Assembly: GCF_009834535.1 (NCBI RefSeq)
Contig: NC_045697.1
Span: forward strand, 49,974,001 to 50,038,000
Source of the DNA: Camelus ferus
Taxonomy: Eukaryota
Direction of reading: 5' to 3'
Length of the DNA: 64,000 bases
Shown: positions 11,951 to 24,830 of the stretch, piece by piece
Position numbering within the stretch: the first letter of the stretch is position 1
Layout of the letters: each line of letters opens with the position of its first letter
Notes under the pieces: model-generated
What the model saw: only the letters and a program-made list of their open reading frames with translations
Databases searched by the model: none
Told to the model about the DNA's origin: nothing
Program-made: the position numbers and the translations under genes

Positions 11951-13174
11951 CCATAAATGGATGCCCACAAAGATGATCAGTTCTTTTTCAAAATTTGTGA
12001 TGCAGGATTTTATGTCTCTGTACCCAGGGGTGTTCACTTGTTAAAGGGCACAATTAGTAAGGCAGGGTTACAGGAAGAATAAATGGATTAATCCCCATGT
12101 CTGTTTCCTATGGAAATGCCTCACTGAGCAATTGCAGGTAGACTAGTGCCTTTAAAAAATTTCTTTAAAAAATAGTTTACAGCCGTTATCCAATAGACAG
12201 TAAGGCAGTGAACCAGTTGCTCTGTGGGTCGAAAGCAAGGATTCTACAGGCTCCTCCAAGCAGTGCATGTCCCCGCTGGGTATTGAGGGCTGAGTCCCAC
12301 TTCCCAGAATGAGGTACTCAGTGCATATGGGGCCCTCCCTTCCCTCCCACCCTCCTCCACGCCCCCCACTACACTCACTCTACACAACTCTCTCTTTCTT
12401 TTCTATAACTAAACTCATCTCACAGCCTTCTCCTGTGGAACCACAACTCCCCTAAAAGCTTGTGGACTAGGATCTCAGCTGCAATTGACCAGAATGGGCA
12501 TCCTTAGCAGAGACAGGTGCCCTGGAGGGGAGGACGTGTCGAGGGCACACTGAAATCTGACAGCAGCCTGCTACTCTGACTCCCTTGGGCACCTCGATTT
12601 TCCTCCTTCCTTAATTAGGCAGCTAAGAAGCTCGGATCCAGCTTGCAGAGCTGAACAGGCATCCTGTCAGACACAACCAGATAAATAGAGATTAAAAAGG
12701 AATCCTGCCTCCTCACCTGCAGGGCGAACTCCTCCCAGCACTCATTTCCTTTCCCCTCATTGAGATTTAATGTAATTTCCCAAAGAAAAGTTTGTGAAAT
12801 ACCACAAGCGGCAAGTTCCCCTAAAAGTAACCTCTGATGACACAGCTTGACCCCTCTTCTCAGTTCTTCTTGCCGTGGGTCCTGTCCTGGGTACAGACAC
12901 CTCCATCGTGGTGGTGTCCAGCCTGGAGGGCTCAAGTTTGGCCCATGTCAGTTGCAAATCAGCCTCCACTCACTTTTAATTTTTTTTTTTTTTGGGGTAC
13001 CAGAAAGGGGAAGTTGTAGCAGCCAGAGGAGAGGGAGGAAAACAAAACAACCAAACCAACACAACAAGGCTGAAGATTGTTGCTCAGTGAGCATCAGGTT
13101 CTTGTAATTAATTCTACTGGATAAGCACTGATAAATAAAGACAGTTGCTCCTCATCCCATGCCACGTTCCTTTG

Positions 13175-13259
13175 TTAGGAGTCGTCGTACAGAGGGTTGT
13201 TGTAGTTTCCCCAGGACCCGTAGTCGTGATCATCCAAGAGCCTTCCGTAGGAGGAGTGC
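13175..13259 (-). CDS. PARM1: PARM1 exon 4 coding part (85 nt), cytoplasmic tail and stop
   Basis: Acceptor ctgtcttctccccccacccag|G. Encodes (R)[27 protein letters not shown] followed by TAA at 13177-13175. Confidence 0.97.
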
Positions 13260-13984
13260 CTGGGTGGGGGGAGAAGACAGGGTTGTGGTTATTTGGAGAA
13301 GGTGCCCATCTGTGGGCAGCCTCGTGCCCTGGGGCCCGCAAGAGGGGACACAGTTCTTCACTAGGACAACCTCTGGGCAGCAGCCCCACTGAGCGTGGAG
13401 GCCCCAGGCTGCAAACGCCCTGAGTTACGACTGAGCCTCTGGGAGCCTGACTGGTGCCTTCTGGTGAGATCAGCGGGGTCCTTGTCTCTCACTGACCTCC
13501 AGCGCTGGAGCAGGAAGAGGCTTCGTTTCCATGGCTATTTAATAAGAAGTAATGGGAAAGAGAAGGCTGCATTCCTGGCATTTTGGCTTAGGTCCTGGAC
13601 TTGATTTTCCCTGAAATGATAATAACACAACCAGAATGGCTGTTGCTCACACCACCTCTCCTGACCTCTGTACAATGTTTTACAATCTGCAAAGTTCTTC
13701 TATTTTCCGTGTTTGCTGGATCCTCAGAATAGAGCCATGGGCCAGGTACTGTTTATTTTGATTTCTCCAATGAGAAAAATAGGGCTCAGGGATGCTGACT
13801 GACATGCCCAAAGTTTGCCCAGCTGAGCTATGAGTTGAACCCTCACTTCTGGGAACTGAATCCAGTGCTCGGAGCTCAGCTTCCCCGAGTCTGGTTAGTG
13901 CCTTAGCTCAATGGCAATATGGCTTTATGAGGCTTTGCTGGGTCATTTGCGGAACCTGTTCCAGAATTAATTATTATTTCTATA

Positions 13985-15070
13985 AGAAAGTGAAGTCAGA
14001 TTGTTACTCTTTTGTTCAAAACCCTTGAGTAGTTCCTCATCTCACACAGAGTAAAACCACAGTCACTAGGATGGTTTCCAAAGCCCTATAGGATGTGACC
14101 CCTGTTACTTTCTTTTTTTTAACTTTTTTTTATTGAGTTAAAGTCATTTTACAATGTTGTGTCAAATTCCAGTGTAGAGCACAATTTTTCAGTTATACAT
14201 GAACATATATATATTCACTGTCACATTTTTTTTTCACTGTGAGCTACCACAAGATCCTATATATATTTCCCTGTGCTATACAGCATAATCTTGTTTATCT
14301 ATTCTACATTTTGAACTCCCAGTCTGTCCTTTCCCACCCCCCTCCGCCTTGGCAACCACAAGTTTGTATTCTATGTCTGTGAGTCTGTTTCTGTTTTGTA
14401 TTTATTTATTTATTTTTTTAAGATTCTGCATATGAGCGATCTCATATGGTATTTTTCTTTCTCTTTCTGGCTAACTTCACTTAGAATGACATTCTCCAGG
14501 AGCATCCACGTTGCTGCAAATGGCGTTATGTTGTTGGTTTTTATGGCTGAATAGTATTCCATTGTATAAATATACCACATCTTCTTTATCCAGTCTGACC
14601 CCTGTTACTTTCTGAGCACATCAGCTACTAATCCAGTGCTTCTTGCTCTCTTGGGTCCAACCACACTGGCCTCCTACTCTTTCCCCTCATGCCTGACACA
14701 CTCTTGCCCTAGGGCCTTTGCACTTACTGTTCCCTCAGTTTGGGACAATTGTCCTCCAGCTCTCCACAGAGCTCATCCCCTCCTCTCCCTCAAGTCTCCA
14801 CAGATGTCACCTTCTCAGTGAGGCCTTCCTTAAGAACTCTATTTAAACTTGAACTCCCACCCCAAAGCACTTCCTGCTTAATTTCTCACATAGTACACAC
14901 CACCTTCTAACACACTATATTATTTACTTATTTATTTTGTTATTGCTTCTCTCCCCTAACTAGATGGAATGTGTGGATTATTTGCCTGCTGTGTTTGTTC
15001 TTAGCTCTGTCTCTAGCACCTAGAAGAAGATCTGGCACATAGTAAGTCCTCAATAAATGTTTCTGCAAAA
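13985..15070 (+). mobile_element. L2 LINE 3' fragment interrupted by a young L1
   Basis: L2 motifs agggcctttgcacttactgttccctc, atgtcaccttctcagtgaggcctt and terminal tggcacatagtaagtcctcaataaatg. Confidence 0.8.
14114..14595 (-). mobile_element. Young 5'-truncated L1 (lineage-specific 3'UTR) with perfect 18-bp TSD
   Basis: TSD TGACCCCTGTTACTTTCT at 14096-14113 and 14596-14613. Poly(T) tail on the left, then L1 3'UTR and the end of ORF2. Confidence 0.92.
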
Positions 15071-18000
15071 AGACAGTAATGGGGAAAAAAAAAAATCCTG
15101 AAAAGCCAATCTTTTCATGAGATGGGAGCCTTCTGGAAGGGATTAGGGTCATTTTAAGCTTAAAACTCATGACAGGATTAGGAGAACAGCATAGAACGAG
15201 CACCTGGTGCCTCTGAGGTTCACGCTGGCTAGTGAATTTCTACACCTTGTCACAGGGAGTCAGGTATGCTATATACAGGACAGATATAAACATACCCACT
15301 TCCCCTAATGTTTTCTTACCTACATATGAAAATTCAACAAGATGAAAACACAAGTTGAGAGGCACAAAAAGCATTTGTTAGATATTCTCTTCAATTTCTT
15401 TCTGGTTTTTTTTTTTTTTTTTTTTTTTTTTGCTATATAGTTCTGTCTGTTGCTAAAGTAATTACTGTCACTCTTCTGAAGTGTATTTACATCTGTTAGG
15501 TATCTGAAAAAAGATGATCTGTTGAAAAGCATCAGACCTTTGATGTGCTGGCTTTAGACTTTTAGCCTTCAAATTTCTGATTTCTGTCCTGAAGACTGGC
15601 TCAGTGGACCCAGTCTATACACCTGGGAACTTGAGGATGTCCCACAATATAGTCTGTTTTCCCTAAAGACCCACATCCATTTCTGTGGGTATGAGGAGGA
15701 ACGAGGTCACAAATAACACACCACTGATCTTCTGATCAACAGGAATAGTGGAGGCCAGTTCTGGTAAATGAGTCACTGCCCATTCACTGCCAACACTCCT
15801 TCTACTCTTAAAACCTCTAATTCCAATCAAATCCTTTAACAGGAAGGTTGAGAAATGGAAGCTATAGAATAAACAAGTAAAAACCTAGGGATTACAAGAC
15901 TGGAGCTCAGCCTCAATTTCAGCGTGACTTACTGTGGCGAGCCTGGCCAGCCTAATAAATGTGTTCCTGTGTTGATAGGACACTCCTGCGTCACCTTGGT
16001 GTGGTAATTTAACTTCTCACAGTGTTTTTATATCTATCATATAATTTCATTCCCACAAAATGTCAGTTGGGCCTATAGATATATGTCCTTGTATATACTT
16101 TAAACCCCCTGCTTTTTCATCTATAAGACAAATGAACAAAAAATTGCTTTAGGATTGTTGGATGGATTAAATGAGGTAATGCATATAAAAGACCTGGCAC
16201 ATAGTGAATGCACAACAAATGTTGGCCAACATTGCTTTTTAATTTTTATTAGAATGAAACTTACACAAGCACATGGCAGATTTGCAAATAACAAAGAAGG
16301 CTACTCAGTGAGAAGTGAGTATAATTTAAAAAATGATTATCATGCCAGAGTGGGGTTAGAGGATTAAAAATCTTCCAGTCATCAGGTTTTACTGCTTATG
16401 GTTATTGTGGGCAAGACTATTTGATCAGGGCTGTACCTGGATCTGCTGAATTATAAGAGATGTAGTGTGCACTACACAAGCACTCGTAAGACGAAGGAAG
16501 AAGATGGAACTTTTGCTTTTCTTTGCCTTCTCATTTGAATGAAGAGCGAGCTGAGCAAAATACTAATAAATGAAGAAAACAAAGCAAGAGCTATAGATAA
16601 ACTAAACTGGGGAAGGTACTGAACCCATAGGCCTTGTTTTAATAGATTAACAAGCCTCAACAAGAAGAATGGGGTGTGCTGGGATTCAAGCCAGGTTGGG
16701 TAAATCCTGCAATACTCTAGAAAGAGCAAGACAGACACACTTTGTGTGTGTGTGTTGGGGGGGGGGTAAAGAGAGAATGATTAATGATCACTTTAAACTG
16801 TCTCTCTAGATCAGAACTTCTTAAATCATGGAATGTTTTAGATGAATATGGGGGAGTTTTTCAGATTGGTATTTGCAGAGTCTAAGAGGTGAAAAAAACT
16901 ATTCTAAAGATTAGGAAGATGGAGTTTGGCTCAAAGGAGCTGGAAGACTGTCACTGTGATTTAATGGTAGCACTGGTACTAAAACTGAGGTCTGCTGGCT
17001 TGGTCCTGCAATGCTGCTTCATCTAATTTCAATCAGAATAGCAATGTGTGCAAATGACATCATCATCAGGTCAAAGCAGTTTTGTTTACTCAGTTTCTTC
17101 ACAAAGACTGGCGACATCTAGCATAGCTAAGTTTTCCATTTGCTGTGTTTTGGATCCCTTAGATGGTAAACCTCCTGGGTAGACTATGTCTTACTTTGCT
17201 TCTAATTTTCTGAGTGTCTGATAGGTTGTTGTTAATGCAATGATATTTAAAAAAAATACTTGATGACAACTGCTTACATCTAGTAGCATAAAAAACAGTA
17301 CACAGAGTAAATACACTGAGTATACTTGGTCAATACCAGCAGGGATTAGTATGGACTGTGGCAATTCATGGTGAACTATAACTGTGGCAAAGTGAAAATA
17401 CTGTTTTAAAGAACAGAAAGGGCCAAAGCCACCATTTTCATCTTAAAGATAGGAAGGAGAAAGAGAATTATAGCTAAGTTTCTCCCATGCGATGACATGG
17501 CTTTAAAGCACTCAGCATAGGCTCACAGTCCCTGTAGATCAATGGCACTGTGCTGACTGTCAACGATGTTCTGCTGTGTCGTACAGCTTAGTTAGCTCAA
17601 AGCAGAACCCGAGGGGATAAAATAGGCAATGACTGATGTGAAGCCCTTCCCTTATTGCTTTCTTCTCAAGTGGCTTTGCTCTAACAAAGCAACTCTCCCC
17701 ACTAGCCTCTGCTCCAACTGGTGATGCCTTGTTGGTGACAAACAGTATACGTGGTGGTGACATTTGCGGTTTGAGGCCTTCCCCACAACTGTGAAATGGT
17801 ACCTATTTTAAGATAGTTACAGCATAAGTACTTAATAGAACTCAACTGTCTTTGAAAATGAATGAGGTGTTTTACTTTTTTAATGGTGAAACCAACATAT
17901 TTCAGAAAATGCCTTCCCCTTTGTCAGGGTCAACCCAAGTTCTCCGTTGAGTCTCCACCTTTGTTTATTGCTTCTCCTCCCAAAGTCAAGTGAGTCTTGC

Positions 18001-18229
18001 CATTCAATCACTAGTGCTTATTATGTGCTAAGAAGGAGAGACATAAAGATGACTAAGATATGGCTTGGTGCTGGTAAAACACAGCTAAACTTGCAGCACG
18101 TTAGTCATTAGTCATTAAGCCTTAGACTCTTACCATCCATTAGTAAAGCTGGTGTGGAGCAGCTGTCACTGTCTCCCTTGTTTCTGATGGTGACTTTCTT
18201 TTCCTCATTGTCATTTCCCTGCCTGGCTT

Positions 18230-18600
18230 CTTTCATTTATTCATTGAAAAATTGCCATTGATCAGGCCTTATTCTGGGGCTTGGGGAATACTCCAGTGAA
18301 CTAAAAGACCAAAATCTCTGTTCTAAGGGAGCTTACATTCTAGTGAGGGCAGACACAAATAAGACATGAAAAATAATATGGCAGATGGTAATAAATGCAA
18401 TGGAGGAAAATAGCGCAAGAAAGGGGAATGAGGAGCTCCATATGGGAGCTGATCAGGAAACGTTTCACTAAGATGTCATTTGAGCAGACATATAAAGCAG
18501 ATGCAGATGAGCCATGTGGATGCCTGAGACAGACCCTACAAGGTGGGGAGAACAGCATGTGCAAAGGCACGGCAGCAGAAGCAAACACAGCTGTGTGGTA
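18230..18600 (-). mobile_element. L2 LINE fragment
   Basis: ttcatttattcatt...ggagcttacattctagtg...tcatttgagcagac...agaacagcatgtgcaaaggc. Confidence 0.75.
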
Positions 18601-18619
18601 GCTGTTGAATTATAATTAA

Positions 18620-18780
18620 AAAAATAAACTTTCTATTTTGAGATGACTTTAGACTTATGGAAAAATTCCAAAAATAGTACAAAGAATTCCCATGAGTCCT
18701 TCACCCAGCTCCTCTTGATGTTAACAGCTTACATAACCAGGGCACATTAGTCAAAACTAAGAAATTAACATTGTGAACCA
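18620..18780 (-). mobile_element. Old L1M 3'-end fragment
   Basis: ttttgagatgactttagactta...aaaatagtacaaagaattcc...tcaaaactaagaaattaacattg. Confidence 0.7.
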
Positions 18781-19673
18781 TAATTTTGAAGCTAAGAAAA
18801 ATGTGACCACTAGTGGTGAATTTATTTGCCCACAGTTAACCACAGCAAGTTAGTGACTGAATGAGTATCATAATGCAAGAATCCCATCAGTTCTGTCTTT
18901 TCTCTGCCAAAATCTCAAGGATGGAAACATTTCCAAACATTCATTTTCAAAGTGCTTTTTCCATGGGCTGGGTTTCTTTTAAAAAGCCATTACTTAAAAC
19001 TTTGTCACTAAATAATCACCTTTACTTTGAAGGGGCAGCTACAAATTGTTTATTTTATATTTAAAAATTATCTGCCAGTATTGTACAGGCAGACATTCAA
19101 CACAGAAAAGGCCTGCACACTGGAACACCTGCCTATTTGTAAACAAGTTCAGAGTCACGAGGTAACTAGAAGGAAGTCTATGGTTTAACAGATTCCCATG
19201 GCTTCTCCTCCTCTAAACCTAGTTTCTCTTGATTTGGAATAACACAATATTGCTGCCACATCCCAAAGTTTCTGACCCAGAAGAATCCACTAAGCAAGAA
19301 AATGTCTATAAAGCAACTATTACATGTCAGGTATCGCCAGGGGCTTTCTGTCCTTCTAGTGGAGGACACTGGCGGAGGATGTGACGATTCCAGTACTTGG
19401 AGGTGAATGGGACAAAGGAAGCCCATGCAGCATGAGACTCAACGGTGGAGATGGTGGCGGGGTGGGGGTGGGGGTGGGGGGTTCCCAGAGAGGATCTCTT
19501 TTGAGCTAGACAACTTGGAATTAGCCAGATAAAAAAGAATGAACCAATTACCTCCAACAGAGGGATCCACACATTCAAAGCAACAAAGGCATGAAACACT
19601 GGGGCATTATACCTGGGAAGCTTTAGAGCCAAGTGCGTATTTGGAGTGTTGGGGGGTGAGAGCAGGGTATGGA

Positions 19674-19827
19674 AGGGTTCCTCAAAGTCTGGTCCTCGGA
19701 CCAGCAGCACTGGTATCACCCATCTTGACACACTGAGTCAGAATCTATGGGGCTGAGACCCAGGAAAGTGGGTTTGTAGTACACATGCCCATTGAGTCTT
19801 ATGCACATAGAAGTTTGAGAACCACTG
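19674..19827 (+). mobile_element. MER5A-type hAT element, internally deleted
   Basis: gttcctcaaagtctggtcctcggaccagcagca...ctgagtcagaatct...aagtttgagaaccactg with terminal inverted repeats. Confidence 0.8.
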
Positions 19828-21531
19828 AGGTAGAGAATCCAGCCATCTAGACCTATAGAACACCCAAGGCTAACCTGAAGAAGCAAACCTGTAGCTACCA
19901 AACTCTAGAAGATCTTAGACTTCATGGCTGGCTCTTCATGGGACTACTTTTTAAACCTGACAACAACCAGAAGGAATCCAGTTGTATAAAACATGATCGC
20001 TAGAAGACTTGAAGCAAAACAGATGACTTCTAACAAGATGTCTTAAGAACCAGGCTCTATTGTGTCTATACATCAAGATCACATTTATTTTTGTGAGGGG
20101 AACAGCCACGTTATCTGCCTGGGTTACCAGCACACCTAATTATAGCAGCATCCACACTGCTGGTGACAGCAGATACGGTCTCCTGCCCAGGAGATTATCA
20201 ACAGTTTTGAGCCAATTTCAACACAACAAACCCGACTTACCTCATTCTTCTATCATCACTAATTAAAGACACCCTTCTGCTAGAGGCAGGCGGACCTTTA
20301 CTTTTTTTTTAAGGTTGCAAACAAGTGCTGGAATAAAGATTTCTCAGAGATAGTTTCTATCAGTGAATGTATAACATGCATGCAGAAGAAGCACAATTGA
20401 AACTGCCAAGATGGAACACAGAAGTCTGCGCGTCGATACACAATTCGAAAACTGAGCTGCTGTATCCTCTTCCTCCTCCTCTCCTTCTTCCTTTGAATCC
20501 CTGATGCCTGTGGAGTGGGGCTGCTGGCGGCTACCATTTTACGGAGTGCCTAAGCTGGAAGCCCACGATGACAATTACAACGCTGACAGCAGTTAGCTCT
20601 TCCATCGCCTCCACCTCAGCCCCAGCACTGAATGTTTATCTGCGTCATAACTTAATCCTCACAAACAGTCCCAAGTTAGGGATCAGTATTCTAGTCCCAT
20701 TTTACAAACAAAGACACTGAACACAGAGGGATGAATAAACTTGCCCTCTGGTCCATGTCCTTAACCACCGTGAGCTATCTTTCTACATTCATGACTTCAT
20801 CTCATCTTCTGGACAACTGTGACAGATAGGTATTAGCAGCTTTATTTTTGCAAGTGAAGACATTAAGGATCAGGGAGATTATAATTTGCCCAAGGCCACC
20901 TAAATAATAAGTAGAAGGGGCAGTAGCGAACCTGATTGCCGAGGCCACTTTCCTCCCTCCACACGGTACCGCTGCTGGCGACAGTGGGTGTTGTGGGGTA
21001 GGGGGAGACGGAGTAGAAAAGAGCCCTGGAAGGTTCAGGGCTGTTCACTTTTCGTAAATTGCATCCCAAAGTGGCTCAGGTTACAGAAAGATGTGGCTCT
21101 CCAGGCAGGAGAAGCTGTGACAAAACTAAGAGTCAAGGGGCCCAGAAGAGTAGGAGTGTAAAAACAGACAGGTAATGCATTTACCGACACCTTCAGAGGG
21201 AACCTGAATTTGGGTAAAGATAAAACTCCTGAGCCACTGTTAGCAGAGCTTGCAAGGAGCACCGTTTTTCTGGTTGTGAAGCTGCCCTTTCAAGTGGACT
21301 ATTCTGTGCATTTGCCAGGACATTGGCTGGGCCCGGGCGATAGCCCATGGTTGTGGGCCAGAAGCTAATGCTTCCCTCGTGGGCTGTGTTTCAGTCACTT
21401 GCTGCTCCAGCCAAGTGAGCTAAAAAAACCACAGACAACATACCTCTTGTCATGTTATTGTTCTCAGAAGTCCGGGACAATAGGAATCAAACACATTTCC
21501 AGGCAAGGCAAAATTCAACTCTAGGTACACA

Positions 21532-21532
<1 letters not shown>

Positions 21533-21570
<38 letters not shown>
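21533..21570. repeat. (AC)19 microsatellite
   Basis: Perfect dinucleotide run. Confidence 0.98.
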
Positions 21571-21573
<3 letters not shown>

Positions 21574-23359
21574 TGCATGCACGTTTGTCAATTGAGCCAA
21601 ATGTATTTTTGATGAGCGATTAAGTGGGGCTTTCCAAGAATCCGGTAAAATAACACTTGAAGGGGTTTCAGCACAGCCTTAAGTTTCATGAGAGTTATTA
21701 ACCTCCTTATGCTTCATTTTTCCGAAATAACTAACAGAGCAGCAGAAAGGGGTTTTCCTTAGGGGGTTTCTAAACAGGGATCTGATCACTTTACCCATCC
21801 TTAAGTTTGTAGTGCCAAAGATAAGTATCACTCTTGTACCAATGGGGGCCTTTCTACATTAAGAGGGAGGACCTGCACTATAGGGTAGAGAAACAATGAC
21901 TAGCTCGATTTAGTCATTCACTGAATTTACCTAGTGTTGAGAATGCTTGGAGAAAAAACATGCTTTAAATTTTTAAAATGAAATGTTCTGTAATTTTAAC
22001 CAGCACTCATTAGAACGGATTTTAATGGCCTGCTAACAAAATTTTCCAAACCAGTAAGTTCTGAGATGGCAGGACTGCGTCTCATCACCGATGTGACCTC
22101 ATTGCTTAGAAGAGTGCCTGGCACATGGCTATCGCTGTCACTGTCTATTGAGCACCTGGCCTACTGGGTCCCTCCCAGCTGACCACTTGGATGACAGTGA
22201 TGATAATGATGGTGGTGGCAGTGCTAGGTACTTGGGAAGCAGTGTCCATTAATCCTCCTAACAATGGTTTTTAACCAGGTAGTTAAAACGATGGCCCTTA
22301 TCTTTCAGGGGAGGGATGTGAGGGTTTGTGAAACTCTGTCACACACCCAGGTGATGGTAGAAACTTCCAGAAAGCAGTAGAGCTGGGATTCGAACTGAGG
22401 TCTCCCTGCTTCTGGAGTCTGAATTCTTAGTCACTGTTCTAGTCTGCCTGTCTGTAGTCATGGGTAGGCTTCAGGTGGTAAACTTGAATTCTTGCTGGAG
22501 TCAAGAGGAAGGGTCCTGAGGTTATTTTAACATCATTTTTGGCAAGTGTGTGGCGAGAGTGAAGTGTTTCTATTTTGCTCCACACACCATGGAGGTCGTA
22601 TTTTTGGTGACCTAGCCCTTCAGAAACTCACCACTGGTGATTCCAGAATGACTCTGATGTTTCCCCAGATGCTCCTTTTTCTAAGCAATGCTGCTCCCCA
22701 CCCCCCACCCATGTCCCAAACACAGAGAAATTCTGCTGCAAAGTGGGAGTGAGGTACCCAGACATGTTCATAGAAGCCAACTTTAACTCAGAATTAAACA
22801 TAGTGCATCCACGGTGATGAACTAGTAATCAAGCCAGATGGAAAAGGGTAGCTTTCAGTAAGAGATAATTCATAAAGCTGATGCTCAAGGAAATATAGAC
22901 TTGATGAAGAGAAAGTTTTTCTCTTTGTTTGTTTGTTTTAATTTGAAGACCTCTGGATCCTTTTATAAAAGATACAGGTAATGCTGGCACTTTAATTCCA
23001 CTTTCTCTTTGAAAGCTGGCTTTCCTGTCCTCTGTCCCTTAGATAGCAGTGATATTACAAGGCACTCACACTTGACACAGCATTAGATTGGTCTGGTTCA
23101 CATGTAGAGCAAAAGATGGAAGGAGATAAAAGGGAAGGAGGGTGTTCCCAAGTGGGTGCTGGTCTGGGTGAGGGTGACTGGAGGAGACGAGAGAGGGCAG
23201 CAAAGGGGACGTGTGCACGGGAGATGAAACCCTAAATACATGTGCTCCACGTGGGAAACCAGGACACGCTCCTCGAGGAAGAAGCATAGCTGTGACGAGA
23301 AAAAGTTGGGAGTGTGCGTGTGTGTGGTGAGGGTGCCTGGATGATTGTGTTCTACGTCC

Positions 23360-23920
23360 AGTTGTTCATTTATTCAATGTGTTGAGCATCTTCTTTGTAC
23401 CAACACCGTGCTCACAGATAAATTCCGGATCCTCACTCAGCTTACATTTTTGTGGGGAGAAGAGACAACAGACAAGCAAGCAAATATAGAAGAAAACAAA
23501 TAAAAAGCATAGACAATGATAATAGCCAGGATGAAACTCACTGGGGCACTAAGAGAGTCCCAGACCAGAGGAGAAGTTTCCTGGAGGATGTAACCTGGAA
23601 GCCGTGCACGGGGGAGAGCTCGGAGAAGAGCGTTCCAGCGAGGGGACCAACAAGAACCGAGGACCTGGACAGACAGAGAACCTGGTGCGTTCTAATGTTG
23701 GACAGAAAGCCAGGGTGACTGTGGCGCGGTGGTTAACAGAGAGAAATGTGTGATGAGCAAGAAGAGGTGGGCAGGGCGGGTCCAAGAAGGAACTCAGGGC
23801 CAGGCTGAGGGGTCAATTTAATTCTAAGGGAAGGGGAACCCACTGGGCATTTGAGGGAAGGAGTGACAGGTCAGAGGGGCTCCCACAAAGCTGGCTCCTG
23901 CAGCTGGGAGGACAATGTGC
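23360..23920 (-). mobile_element. L2 LINE fragment (diverged)
   Basis: ttcatttattcaa at the start followed by purine-rich antisense L2-like motifs. Confidence 0.6.
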
Positions 23921-24751
23921 GGGGGTCAGGGAGTGGCCGTGCACATCACGGCAGCAGGCAGCCACCTGTCCTCACTACAGGCACCGCACAGCCTGGACAA
24001 CCAGATTGCCACTTGCCTCTTGGCATTTTACAGCTGGAAGGACACTCGGTGTGAGGAATGTGGTTTTTGAGTCTGGGATTTCACAGAGCAGTAGGCAACA
24101 GAAGTCGGGGACTCACAGAGTACTACCACTTTCTCTTTGGCTAAGGAAAGTAAAAACTCAGCCACCGTCTGTGATCACCTTCTTTTCATAAGAGAAAGGA
24201 TATTTTAAAACCAAAAATATAAGACTACAATCTCATGGGGAAAAAAATCAGTTTTATCGAAAACAGTACACCTTCCTTATATTTTCAACGTTTTGCTTTA
24301 GAAGCAGTTAGAAACTTCTGACAGACTGGGCACCCCCCCCCCCCACATCAGCATTCAGAGCATCGGTATTTAGAAGCCACTGAGCCCACCCGTCTCTCCC
24401 ATTTCACAGATGAGACCAGGTGAGGTTCAGGAGGCATGTGGCTTTCTCAGGGTGAGGGCCTGAGTTAAGGGCAAAGGTCTGAGGTCCCCCTCTCCTGCCT
24501 CCAGGTTCATTCTCATTCCATTACATCATCATGCTGTATATTCCAACTATTTCTTCTGCTGCCAACTTGCAGCGACTGTCCCATCTATTTCTGTCCAGGG
24601 GGGAGGACACTGGCCATTTTCACTTCCCTGCCAGTATTTCTGAGAGCTAAGGTCCTTATCAAGAAACAAGTATTCAGCACAACTGCTCTCAGCCTGGAGC
24701 CCGACAAAATGGAATTCTGTTCTTGATAAAGAAGACAGAAGTGTGTCTTAC

Positions 24752-24830
24752 CTGATCTTTAGATATGCTGCCACTCCAAACACCAGCAACACCACAGCAA
24801 TGACTGTCACCGTAATGGCCGCGATGCTGC
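24752..24830 (-). CDS. PARM1: PARM1 exon 3 (79 nt), transmembrane helix
   Basis: Acceptor ctctccttcacag|GC and donor ATCAG|gtaaga. Encodes (G)[25 protein letters not shown](R). Phases fit exons 2 and 4. Absent from the ORF track. Confidence 0.97.

Larger units (their letters stand above)
9345..13174 (-). other. PARM1: PARM1 3'UTR (~3.8 kb, 3' end inferred)
   Basis: Follows the stop codon, is relatively repeat-poor, and ends at a poly(A)-signal context. The cleavage site is not directly observable. Confidence 0.7.

Noticed and set aside
13114..13423. Overlapping ORFs of 91, 92 and 77 aa around exon 4
   Set aside because: Wrong frame or antisense shadows of the true exon.
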